A stretch of DNA of 37,007 nt, taken from NCBI GenBank assembly GCA_021783915.1, contig JAJXTI010000003.1, positions 9,712-46,718 on the forward strand, in the 5' to 3' direction. The notes under the pieces were generated by a model. It was not told the DNA's origin. It saw only the letters and a program-made list of their open reading frames with translations, and made no database searches. The position numbers were made by a program, and so were the translations under genes. The first letter of the stretch is position 1, and the number at the start of each line of letters is the position of its first letter. This document shows positions 19,128 through 27,999 of this stretch, piece after piece. The DNA is from a bacterium (GTDB lineage: Bacteria > Omnitrophota > Gorgyraeia > Zapsychrales > Fredricksoniimonadaceae).

Positions 19128-20693
19128 ATGAATAAACCCGCTGATCTTAATGAAGCACAGTGGCAGGCGGTCTCCCACGAAGGTTCTCATTTAATCATCG
19201 TCGCCGGCCCTGGAACCGGTAAAACGCATACTTTAATCCACCGCATCATCCGTACTCTTAAAACCTTAGAGCAGGATCAAAGAATTTTAGCCATTACTTT
19301 TACCAATAAAGCTGCGCACCAAATGCGTGAGCGTCTGGAAGCTAAAGTGCCGCAATTGTGGCGTCGTGTGACCGTGGGAACATTTCACTGGTTTGCCCTA
19401 AGCCTTTTACGTGAATTTAGCGAATATACACCTTTACCTAAAGATTTCCAAATCGCCCTACCCGAAGACATCCAAGGTTTTATGGGGGAGATTTTCTCAG
19501 AAAAAAGTCCTGTCCAACATAAGCAAGTCCTGGAGGAAATATCTTTGATCAAATCTACCAGACTTGTCGTTGATGCGGATGACAATTATCAAAAGTATCA
19601 TCGTTTTCTACGCGCTAAAGGGCTTATTGATTTTGATGACATCTTACGGGAGGCTTTTATTCTTCTAGAAAATGAAGATATCTCTTTCAAAGTGCGTCAA
19701 CGGTATCGTTATTTATTTGTGGATGAGTATCAGGATATCAATTTGGTTCAAAACGCCTTGCTTAAGATTTTGACCCAAGAGGGTGTTTTATTAACGGCCA
19801 TCGGAGATCCCAATCAATCCATTTACGGCTTTCGGGGCAGCCAGGTCAAATTGTTTCATCGTTTTATCGATGATTTCCTTGGGAGTGTCAAACTTTCTTT
19901 AACGGAGAATTACCGTTCAACGGTCAATTTATTATCGGCCAGTTCTCAGGTCATTAGTAAAGATTGTGGGCATGAAGTCCCCCAGGCAACAGCCAAAATT
20001 TATGATCAAGGAAAACTCGTGATTCATGAGGCCGCGACTGACCGGGCCGAGGCTGAGTTTGTGGCCCATCAAATTGAACAGTTGGTTGGCGGTATCAGTA
20101 TGTTTTCGCAGGATTCCCATAGAGTGGAGACTTATCGTAAAGCCCAGCGTAGTTTTGGAGATATCGCTGTTTTGTATCGGCTTAACGCACAAAAAAATGT
20201 CATCATTGAAGCGTTGGAACATTTGGGGATTCCTTATACCGTTTCATCTAAACCAAAGGTAAAAAAGGAAGATTTGAAAGAATTGAGACAAGATGAAAAA
20301 GACGAGATTTTATTACAGCAGTTTGAAGAAACGTTGTCTTATAACATCGAAAAAGTGTCCTTGTCGACCTTGCATGCCGCTAAAGGCTTGGAATTTCATG
20401 TCGTTTTTATCATAGGTTGTGAGGCCAAACTCCTACCACTGGATTTAGCGGACATGAAAGGAGATCCTCAGGAGGAACGCAGATTGTTTTATGTAGGGAT
20501 GACGCGTGCCAAAGAACATTTATATTTGACGCGTGCCGGTCGCAGGCAACTTTTCGGGCAGACTTTTTTTAATCCTCCTTCGATATTTTGGGAGGATATT
20601 GAAGAAGACTTGAAAGCGTACGAAAACTCTAAATTGCACCGAAGATTATCTAAAGGAAAAGAAGCCGAAAAACAGCAATTGAAATTATTTTAA
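19128..20693 (+). CDS. UvrD/Rep-family SF1 helicase, short form
   Basis: 'LNEAQ', 'AGPGTGKT', 'TFTNKAA', 'VDEYQD', 'GDPNQSIYGFRG', 'NYRS', 'TLHAAKGLEF', 'EERRLFYVGMTRA'. Confidence 0.95.
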   Translation: MNKPADLNEAQWQAVSHEGSHLIIVAGPGTGKTHTLIHRIIRTLKTLEQDQRILAITFTNKAAHQMRERLEAKVPQLWRRVTVGTFHWFALSLLREFSEYTPLPKDFQIALPEDIQGFMGEIFSEKSPVQHKQVLEEISLIKSTRLVVDADDNYQKYHRFLRAKGLIDFDDILREAFILLENEDISFKVRQRYRYLFVDEYQDINLVQNALLKILTQEGVLLTAIGDPNQSIYGFRGSQVKLFHRFIDDFLGSVKLSLTENYRSTVNLLSASSQVISKDCGHEVPQATAKIYDQGKLVIHEAATDRAEAEFVAHQIEQLVGGISMFSQDSHRVETYRKAQRSFGDIAVLYRLNAQKNVIIEALEHLGIPYTVSSKPKVKKEDLKELRQDEKDEILLQQFEETLSYNIEKVSLSTLHAAKGLEFHVVFIIGCEAKLLPLDLADMKGDPQEERRLFYVGMTRAKEHLYLTRAGRRQLFGQTFFNPPSIFWEDIEEDLKAYENSKLHRRLSKGKEAEKQQLKLF

Positions 20694-20707
20694 CCAGTGC
20701 ATGGCTT

Positions 20708-21616
20708 ATGGAACACAATGGATATAATCTGTATAGGGACCGCTTCTCACGCAGCATACGCGGCGTCTTGATCGGCCTTGTCTGCAACGTGGTTCTGGCC
20801 GCTGTCAAGACCATTGTCGGTATCATAGGGCATTCTTATGCCTTGATTGCAGATGGTATCGAATCGATCATGGATATTTTTTCATCAGCGATAGTTTTAG
20901 GCGGCATAAAGATCGGCTCCATCCCTGCAGATGAAAACCATCCTTATGGCCATGGTAGAGCTGAATCTTTGGCCGCGATGATTGTTTCATTGGCCCTTTT
21001 AATGGTCGCAGCGGGGATTGCTGTTGAAAGTGTCCGCGAAATCTTTAACCCCCATCACATGCCTGCAGCGTTTACACTGGTCGTTTTGGTTATTGTTGTT
21101 TTTATTAAGGAAACTTTGTTTCGTTTTCTTTTTTCCGTTGGGAGAGATGTCGACAGCCTTTCAGTCAAGACGGACGCATGGCACCATAGATCCGACGCGT
21201 TGACCTCTATAGCTGCGTTCATAGGTATTTCCATGGCGTTAATAGGCGGTAAAGGTTACGAGTGTGCTGATGATTGGGCAGCCTTGGCTGCCAGTACTAT
21301 CCTCGCTTTTAACGGGAGTATATTGTTAAAAAAGGCCGTTGCTGAAATTATGGACCATGCGCCCAATCCACGAACAGAAGAGGCCGTCCGTGCCATTGCT
21401 TCCCAGGTTTCCGGGGTCGTCACCATTGAAAAATGCAGGGTGCGCAAAAGTGGACTGCAGTTATTTGTCGATATTCATGTGGAAGTCAATGCCAACATGC
21501 AGGTCATTGAAGCCCACGGTATTGCTCATCGTGTCAAAGATGCTTTGATGTTGTCCTCTTTTGGGGTGGCAGATGTTCTGGTTCACATTGAACCGGCTTT
21601 AAGCGATAAACATTGA
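20708..21616 (+). CDS. Cation diffusion facilitator (FieF-like) transporter
   Basis: 'ALIADGIES..D', 'PADENHPYGHGRAE', 'DAWHHRSD', C-terminal 'VHIEP'. Confidence 0.95.
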   Translation: MEHNGYNLYRDRFSRSIRGVLIGLVCNVVLAAVKTIVGIIGHSYALIADGIESIMDIFSSAIVLGGIKIGSIPADENHPYGHGRAESLAAMIVSLALLMVAAGIAVESVREIFNPHHMPAAFTLVVLVIVVFIKETLFRFLFSVGRDVDSLSVKTDAWHHRSDALTSIAAFIGISMALIGGKGYECADDWAALAASTILAFNGSILLKKAVAEIMDHAPNPRTEEAVRAIASQVSGVVTIEKCRVRKSGLQLFVDIHVEVNANMQVIEAHGIAHRVKDALMLSSFGVADVLVHIEPALSDKH

Positions 21617-21707
21617 ACCCTTGAATTCTTTTGATAAAATAGATTTCATTGTTAAGTCATTTCCCATGGCTTTATAAATAACAATTCCCCTACGTTTAAT
21701 TCTAAAA

Positions 21708-22043
21708 GTGTTTTGTTGGACACCTCAAGAAAAGTCTGTTGTCAGAGGTCTTTGTATCATTATTTTTGCCGGTACATTGATCAACATTGGGCTTCAAAGA
21801 AATCTTTGTATTTTTGACTGGCTCCATACAGCCCAAAAGAAATCTCTGGCAACAGCTATCAACATTAACCGTGCCAGCATTGATGACCTGCTGAAGGTCC
21901 CGGGTATCGGACCTAAGACGGCTGAATATATTATGGCCTATCGTCACACACAAGGGGCCTTTATCAGCCTGGACCCTTTGCTTAAAGCCAAAGGCATGTC
22001 ACCTCAACGTTATGAACGTATTATCAAATATCTTAAAATTTAA
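21708..22043 (+). CDS. comEA: ComEA-family helix-hairpin-helix DNA-binding protein
   Basis: N-terminal TM, then 'ININRAS..DL.KVPGIGPKTA..I..YR...G.F'; adjacent to comEC. Confidence 0.88.
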   Translation: MFCWTPQEKSVVRGLCIIIFAGTLINIGLQRNLCIFDWLHTAQKKSLATAININRASIDDLLKVPGIGPKTAEYIMAYRHTQGAFISLDPLLKAKGMSPQRYERIIKYLKI

Positions 22044-23568
22044 TCAATATACCCACCGTCCTTGTTTTTATTTAGGCCTTGCTATGGGCCTAGGTATTTT
22101 CTTGGGAAGATATGGACCATGGAGTTGGCCTGTTTGGAGTATCTTAAGCGGTGTTTTTATTATTTTGAGTTTACCGAGGACCAGGGTATCTGTTTTTTTG
22201 TTGTGCTTAAGTCTTGTTTGCTTAGGGGCTTTTTCTTACCAGAATGTTTATCTTTTACCCTCTGATCATATCGGTTTTCTTTCTTACAAAGACCAAAAGA
22301 AAACCAAAGCTATTGAAGGAACCATAGATTCCGATGTGCAGATAAAGCCGACGACATTCGGGACAAAACAAATGTTTGAACTTCAAATCATTCGAGTCAA
22401 TTTGAATGACAATTGGCATAAAGCCACAGGCAGGATATTGGTCAATTGTTATCAGCTTCAAAAGTTGGGCTATGGGGATCATGTGGTTCTGGAGGGGACT
22501 TTATACAAGGCCTTTAGCAGTCCTTTAAGTCGTTTTTCCTATCAACAGTACCTGGAAGACCACGGGTTATTCTTTATTTTTAGTGTGGGGAAGAGAAAGA
22601 CCATCAAAGTGCTTTCCTCCAATAACGGCCATAGCTGGCTTAGCTTTTCTTTTAAAATAAGACACAAATTTAAAACTATTTTAGCGCAGTATTTGGAACC
22701 TCAAGAAACAAGCATGATCCAAGCCATGGTTTTAGGGGACCGTTCTTTTTTAACAAAAGACATTTATGCGCTTTTTAGCAAGACCGGAACATCCCATATC
22801 CTGGCCATCAGCGGGATGAACATGACCCTGATAGCTTCTATTGTCCTATTTATTCTGAAAGTATTACGATTGCCTCGCAAGGGACAATTTGTTCTGGCCA
22901 GCTTGTTTTTATTTGCCTATGCGATTCTTAGCGGTTGGACAGCATCGGTGGTACGGTCAGTACTTATGGCCATTGTTATTTTAAGCAGCTTTTGTTTGGA
23001 ATACGAAGTGGACACAGCCAATTCTTTGGGATTCGCTGCTCTTATTTTGTTTTTATTAAATCCTTTGAACCTTTTCGATATAGGATTTCAATTATCTTTT
23101 ATTTGTGTGGCTATTATCATATATCTCAACGTTCTTTTGGGGCCCTTGCTCAATCAATTTATTAAGGCAAGAATCCTAAAGTATTTGGTACAGGCCTTGA
23201 GTGTATCCTTGGTAGCCTGGGTAGGCATCAGTGGCATAATAGTATACGAATATGACATCATCTCACCGGTTGCCATTATCGCCAATATTCCTATTGTTCC
23301 GTTAGCGGATTTAGTGATAGCCTTAAGTTTGGGACTAGTAGCTGTGGGGCTTTTTTGTCCATGGCTGGCAGTTGCCTTTGCCTGCACGCTTAAGGCAGTG
23401 TTTAATTTTACTTTGCTTTTAACTTCCTGGTTTGCTCAAATTCCATACGGATATTTTTATGTTCACCACTTAAACGGATGGTACATCTTTTTTTATTATT
23501 TAATTTTATTAGGTGGCATGGCCATTTTAAAAAAATGGTTAATTAAGCCAGGAGACTTTACAAGATAG
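22012..23568 (+). CDS. comEC: ComEC/Rec2 competence channel (OB/DUF4131 plus Competence domain; no C-terminal beta-lactamase domain)
   Basis: 'TGTSHILAISGMN', 'ASVVRS..M', 'DIGFQLSF', 'IIANIPIVP'. The protein ends after the TM region. Confidence 0.92.
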   Translation: MNVLSNILKFNQYTHRPCFYLGLAMGLGIFLGRYGPWSWPVWSILSGVFIILSLPRTRVSVFLLCLSLVCLGAFSYQNVYLLPSDHIGFLSYKDQKKTKAIEGTIDSDVQIKPTTFGTKQMFELQIIRVNLNDNWHKATGRILVNCYQLQKLGYGDHVVLEGTLYKAFSSPLSRFSYQQYLEDHGLFFIFSVGKRKTIKVLSSNNGHSWLSFSFKIRHKFKTILAQYLEPQETSMIQAMVLGDRSFLTKDIYALFSKTGTSHILAISGMNMTLIASIVLFILKVLRLPRKGQFVLASLFLFAYAILSGWTASVVRSVLMAIVILSSFCLEYEVDTANSLGFAALILFLLNPLNLFDIGFQLSFICVAIIIYLNVLLGPLLNQFIKARILKYLVQALSVSLVAWVGISGIIVYEYDIISPVAIIANIPIVPLADLVIALSLGLVAVGLFCPWLAVAFACTLKAVFNFTLLLTSWFAQIPYGYFYVHHLNGWYIFFYYLILLGGMAILKKWLIKPGDFTR

Positions 23569-23613
23569 AATTTTCTTGTTAAAGTTATACGTTTTTATAA
23601 GCACTCCTCTATT

Positions 23614-24759
23614 ATGAATCCAAAAGAAAAAGTCCATATCCGTATAGTCCCTTTTGAAGAAACATCCGTCCAGCGTAAATTTACAATCATCTTTTTGATC
23701 ATCTCGATTATTCCGATGGTACTACTTTATTATGTTTACCTAAAGAATACAGGGATTGGATACGTCAATATTCCCACCACGGGCTTTACAATTGCCATGA
23801 ATTTTATGGTTATCGGGGTCCTGGTCGGGTATTTCTTCATACGTTCTTTGTTAGTGAAAATCAATGATATTTCTAATAAAAACCGTAAAGCGATCGAACC
23901 ATTTTTAAGCCCGGAAGTCATCAATGAGCTTGGGCATGGAGAAAATGAAATAGTTGTTTTAGGACGTTCTTTCTCTGCTGTTATAAAACAGTTAGAAAAA
24001 GATATTAATGAATTACGAGAAAAGAATGAAAAACTCAAATCCTTAGACCAACTCAAGGATGATTTTGTTAGCAATGTTTCTCATGAATTACGTACCCCCT
24101 TAACTATTATCCAAGAGAGCATTTCCCAGGTTTCAGAGGGGATGTATGGTTCTCCTAATGAACAACAACTTAAATATTTAAATATGTCCCTGAAAAATGT
24201 CGAGCGGTTAAGGGAATTAATTGATAATTTATTGGATCTTTCCAAGATGGAAAAAGGGCGATTGGAGATTGTTAAGAAAAATGTAGACCTTGTAGAGATA
24301 GTCAAAGAAGTCATATCTGATTTTATGCCAAAAATTCAAAAAAAAGGTTTGGAAATAAGGTGTAATTGTCCAGCAAAAAAAGTAGAAGTGTTTGCGGACA
24401 AGGCAAAGATTATTCAGGTTTTATTTAATTTGCTCAGCAACGCGTGTAAATTTACCGATAAAGGCCACATTGAAATATCTGTAAAACAAACTGATAGGCT
24501 TGTAGAGTGTGGAGTTGCCGATACTGGCCTAGGCATTACCCCAGAAAATTTGCCTAATCTTTTTTCGAAATTTTATCAAGTTCGTCAACAGATCAGCCCT
24601 AAAGAAAAAGGGACGGGATTGGGCTTGGTTATTTGTAAAAATATTGTTGAATTGCACAACGGGAAGATTTTTGTGGAAAGCATAAAATCCAAGGGCACAA
24701 AATTCACATTTACTCTTCCTAAAGGGGACATAAATGAAGAAAATATTAATAGTCGATGA
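23614..24759 (+). CDS. Membrane sensor histidine kinase (2 TM, HAMP-like linker, HisKA, HATPase)
   Basis: 'SHELRTPL', 'NLLSNACKF', 'DTGLGI', 'GTGLGL'. Confidence 0.95.
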   Translation: MNPKEKVHIRIVPFEETSVQRKFTIIFLIISIIPMVLLYYVYLKNTGIGYVNIPTTGFTIAMNFMVIGVLVGYFFIRSLLVKINDISNKNRKAIEPFLSPEVINELGHGENEIVVLGRSFSAVIKQLEKDINELREKNEKLKSLDQLKDDFVSNVSHELRTPLTIIQESISQVSEGMYGSPNEQQLKYLNMSLKNVERLRELIDNLLDLSKMEKGRLEIVKKNVDLVEIVKEVISDFMPKIQKKGLEIRCNCPAKKVEVFADKAKIIQVLFNLLSNACKFTDKGHIEISVKQTDRLVECGVADTGLGITPENLPNLFSKFYQVRQQISPKEKGTGLGLVICKNIVELHNGKIFVESIKSKGTKFTFTLPKGDINEENINSR

Positions 24760-25114
24760 TGACGTGGATATTATTGACTTGCTGGAACACAGATTGAAAA
24801 AGAGTAATTATGAAGTCATATTTTCTAGCGATGGAGATAAAGGGGTCAGAAAGGCCGTTGAACAAAAACCAGATTTAATCATTATGGATGTTATGATGCC
24901 AAATATGCCAGGAGGAGAAGCGGTAAAGCTTTTAAAATCAGTTGAGGTCACAAGAAATATCCCCGTTCTGTTTTTTACTTCTATTAATACATATTTGCCT
25001 AAAGGAACAGACCTCAACCAAATCAATGTGGATGGCCAACTTTACCCAGCTATCACTAAACCTTTTGAGCCAGCGAAGTTGTTAACAGTCATAAAAACAT
25101 TGATAGGGCAGTAG
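24734..25114 (+). CDS. Single-domain response regulator (receiver)
   Basis: 'ILIVDDD', 'PDLIIMDVMMP', 'TKPF'. Confidence 0.94.
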   Translation: MKKILIVDDDVDIIDLLEHRLKKSNYEVIFSSDGDKGVRKAVEQKPDLIIMDVMMPNMPGGEAVKLLKSVEVTRNIPVLFFTSINTYLPKGTDLNQINVDGQLYPAITKPFEPAKLLTVIKTLIGQ

Positions 25115-25146
25115 AAAAAATAGAATATTCGAGTAAAAATAGAGAC

Positions 25147-25174
25147 TTGACAAATTAAAAATTTGTGGTAAATT
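25147..25174 (+). promoter_or_regulatory. Sigma70-type promoter of the hsp20-clpB-hsp20 operon
   Basis: TTGACA (25147-25152), 16-bp spacer, extended -10 TGgTAAATT (25166-25174). Confidence 0.7.
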
Positions 25175-25199
25175 ATCACTCAGATTTAAAGAGTGCTAA
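25173..25199. promoter_or_regulatory. CIRCE element 1 (HrcA operator)
   Basis: TTATCACTC-N9-GAGTGCTAA; one mismatch to TTAGCACTC-N9-GAGTGCTAA. Confidence 0.92.
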
Positions 25200-25280
25200 T
25201 AGTTTTCACCCGGGAGTTTATTCTTGGGTATCTTGGTGAGGATATGATTAGGAGAAATCCTCATTTTTTTGGCATGGGTA

Positions 25281-25307
25281 TTAGCACTCTAGTTATTAGA
25301 GTGATAA
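25281..25307. promoter_or_regulatory. CIRCE element 2 (HrcA operator)
   Basis: TTAGCACTC-N9-GAGTGATAA; one mismatch to consensus. Confidence 0.92.
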
Positions 25308-25347
25308 TTATTTCTTAATAAACAACACTTTAAACAGGAGGTGGGTT

Positions 25348-25794
25348 ATGTCATTGATTCAATATCGTAAACACCAAATAGACCCATTACGGGAAATCTT
25401 GAATGATGAATTCTTTAGTCCATTTTTCCCTTTAGTGGGGAGATCGCTGGTAAGAAATGCTTCACAATGGTTCCCGGCTTTGGATGTCTTAGAAGAGAAA
25501 GAAAGCTATACCATTAAGGCTGATTTGCCAGGTATTAAAAAAGAGGATGTACGTGTTTCCTTTGAAAATGGCCTTTTGACCATTGAAGGTGAACGTAAAG
25601 AGGAAACGGAACAGAAGGATAAAAATTATCACCGCCTGGAGCGGACCTATGGCCATTTCGTACGTTCTTTTAATTTAGGTACAGGCGTAGATGCTAGTAA
25701 AATTCAGGCCAACTATAAAGATGGGGTCTTAGAGATAGTCGTAGCTAAATCCGAAAAGGCCAAACCCAAAGCCATTGATATTCAGGTTGGATAA
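25348..25794 (+). CDS. Hsp20/alpha-crystallin small heat-shock protein (cytoplasmic)
   Basis: 'ADLPGIKKED', 'LTIEGER', 'ERTYGHFVRSF', 'ANYKDGVLEI', C-terminal IxI 'IDI'; SD AGGAGGT. Confidence 0.96.
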   Translation: MSLIQYRKHQIDPLREILNDEFFSPFFPLVGRSLVRNASQWFPALDVLEEKESYTIKADLPGIKKEDVRVSFENGLLTIEGERKEETEQKDKNYHRLERTYGHFVRSFNLGTGVDASKIQANYKDGVLEIVVAKSEKAKPKAIDIQVG

Positions 25795-25806
25795 TGGGTA
25801 TTGTGT

Positions 25807-25835
25807 AGTAGGGGCGATTTATCATCGCCCCTACT
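25807..25835. repeat. GTAG-type REP-like palindrome
   Basis: AGTAGGGGCGAT (25807-25818) pairs with ATCGCCCCTACT (25824-25835), a 12-bp perfect stem between hsp20 and clpB. Confidence 0.7.
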
Positions 25836-25852
25836 GAAAGGAAATGGTATAA

Positions 25853-27976
25853 ATGCAATCGCAAGAGCAGAACATACAAAAACCTTTAGAAAAATTCGGT
25901 AAAGATTTAACAGATTTGGCCAGTAAAGGTAAGCTTGACCCCGTTATCGGGCGCGACGAAGAAATTCGCCGTGTTATTCAAGTGCTATCGCGCCGGACCA
26001 AGAATAATCCTGTTTTAATCGGCGAGCCGGGGGTTGGCAAAACGGCGATAGTCGAAGGTCTGGCGCAGCGGATTTTTTTAGGAGACGTTCCTGAAGGCCT
26101 TAAACACAAAAGGGTCGTTGTTTTGGACATGGGAGCTTTGGTGGCCGGAGCAAAATTCAGGGGAGAATTTGAGGATCGGCTTAAAAGTGTTTTAAAAGAG
26201 GTGGAGTCTAATGATGGAGCCATTATTTTATTCATTGATGAGCTACACACTATTGTCGGCGCAGGGCGGGCAGAGGGAAGTGTAGACGCCGCTAATTTAC
26301 TTAAACCCGCCCTAAGCCGTGGGATGTTGCGTTGCATTGGCGCAACCACATTGGATGAATACCGTCTGTATATTGAAAAAGATGCGGCCTTAGAAAGACG
26401 GTTTCAGCAGGTCATGGTCAATGAACCGACGGTGGAAGACACCATTGCCATTTTACGTGGCCTTAAGGAAAAATATGAGGTGCATCACGGCGTACGTATT
26501 CAAGACTCCGCAATTATTGCCGCGGCGGTAATGAGCCAGAGGTATATTACAGATCGTTTCTTACCGGACAAGGCCATTGACTTAATTGATGAGGCGGCTT
26601 CCCGATTGCGTATTGAAATCGATAGCATGCCTCAAGAGTTGGATCACAATGAACGAGAAATCCGCCGGCTTGAAATAGAACGACAGGCCCTTAAGAAGGA
26701 ACAGGATGTCTCCTCTAAAGAGCGTGTCAAGACAATCGAAGAAGAATTAGCAATTTTAAAGGAAGAAAATAAAAAGATGCGCATACGCTGGCAAAATGAA
26801 AAGGTGGTTATTGACCGGATCCGTACCATTAAAGCGGATATTGAAGAACGTAAAATTGAAGAGGCCAAGGCTGAGAAAGTGGGGGATTTGGATAAAGTCG
26901 CTCAAATCCGCTACGGTGTTCTGGTCCAGTTACAAAGGGAATTGGAAGTTAATAATAAAGAACTCTCCAAAGTACAAAAAAATGGAGCCATGCTTAAAGA
27001 GGAGATTGATGACCAGGACATTGCGGAAATTATTTCTAAGTGGACAAAAATTCCCTTGTCAAAATTGATGCAAGCAGAGACAGAAAAATTAGTATATATG
27101 GAAGAAGCCTTAAAGAAAAAGGTCGTTGGTCAGGACAAAGCCATTGAAGCGATTGCTTCTTGCATTCGCCGCTCTCGCACAGGTTTAAGCGACCCGCAGA
27201 GGCCCTTGGGTTCATTTATTTTTGTGGGGCCCACAGGGGTCGGTAAAACCGAGTTGGCCAAGGCCTTGGCTTGGTTTTTATTTGATGATGAAAGTGCCAT
27301 AGTACGTATTGATATGAGCGAATATATGGAAAAACACAGCACCTCGCGTCTTATTGGTGCCCCACCGGGTTATGTCGGTTATGATGAAGGAGGCCAGTTG
27401 ACCGAGGTGGTACGCCGTAAACCTTATGCGGTGGTACTTTTTGATGAAATAGAAAAAGCCCATCCGGATGTTTTTAACGTACTTTTACAACTGCTTGACG
27501 ACGGACACCTGACCGATTCCCAAGGCAGGGTCATTAATTTTAAGAATACAATTGTGATTATGACTTCCAATATTGGGACGGAACAGATAACGGATTTGAC
27601 GGATCAGCAGAAAATAGAAGACCATGTACAAAGGGCTTTGCGGGTGCATTTCCGCCCAGAATTCTTAAACCGTGTGGATGAGATAATCGTCTTTTCACGT
27701 TTGACAGAAGCCCAGATAAAGAAAATCGTTGATATTCAGTTAGGCATCTTGGCAAGCCGTTTAAATCAGAAAGAAATAACATTGGAGGTTTCCGAGCAGG
27801 CCAAACAATTCTTGGCCAGGCAGGGTTACGATCCTGTTTATGGGGCCAGGCCTTTAAAAAGGACGATTCAAACTTTGGTTCAAGACCCTATTGCCTTTCG
27901 CCTTTTGCAAGGAGAGATCAAAGAAGGCCAGAAGATTAAGGTGGATGCTCAAGGTGAGGGTCTAGTTATTGTATAA
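25853..27976 (+). CDS. clpB: ClpB disaggregase lacking the N-terminal Clp-repeat domain
   Basis: '[13 protein letters not shown]', 'GEPGVGKT', 'FIDELH', long coiled-coil M domain, 'GPTGVGKT', 'GAPPGYVGY', 'FDEIEKAH'. Confidence 0.95.
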   Translation: MQSQEQNIQKPLEKFGKDLTDLASKGKLDPVIGRDEEIRRVIQVLSRRTKNNPVLIGEPGVGKTAIVEGLAQRIFLGDVPEGLKHKRVVVLDMGALVAGAKFRGEFEDRLKSVLKEVESNDGAIILFIDELHTIVGAGRAEGSVDAANLLKPALSRGMLRCIGATTLDEYRLYIEKDAALERRFQQVMVNEPTVEDTIAILRGLKEKYEVHHGVRIQDSAIIAAAVMSQRYITDRFLPDKAIDLIDEAASRLRIEIDSMPQELDHNEREIRRLEIERQALKKEQDVSSKERVKTIEEELAILKEENKKMRIRWQNEKVVIDRIRTIKADIEERKIEEAKAEKVGDLDKVAQIRYGVLVQLQRELEVNNKELSKVQKNGAMLKEEIDDQDIAEIISKWTKIPLSKLMQAETEKLVYMEEALKKKVVGQDKAIEAIASCIRRSRTGLSDPQRPLGSFIFVGPTGVGKTELAKALAWFLFDDESAIVRIDMSEYMEKHSTSRLIGAPPGYVGYDEGGQLTEVVRRKPYAVVLFDEIEKAHPDVFNVLLQLLDDGHLTDSQGRVINFKNTIVIMTSNIGTEQITDLTDQQKIEDHVQRALRVHFRPEFLNRVDEIIVFSRLTEAQIKKIVDIQLGILASRLNQKEITLEVSEQAKQFLARQGYDPVYGARPLKRTIQTLVQDPIAFRLLQGEIKEGQKIKVDAQGEGLVIV

Positions 27977-27999
27977 GTGATAAAATCAGGAGGTGTCTT

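Noticed and set aside
25269-25286. TTGGCATGGGTATTAGCA as a sigma54 promoter
   Set aside because: GG-to-GC spacing is 11 nt, not the required 10; the GC belongs to CIRCE2.
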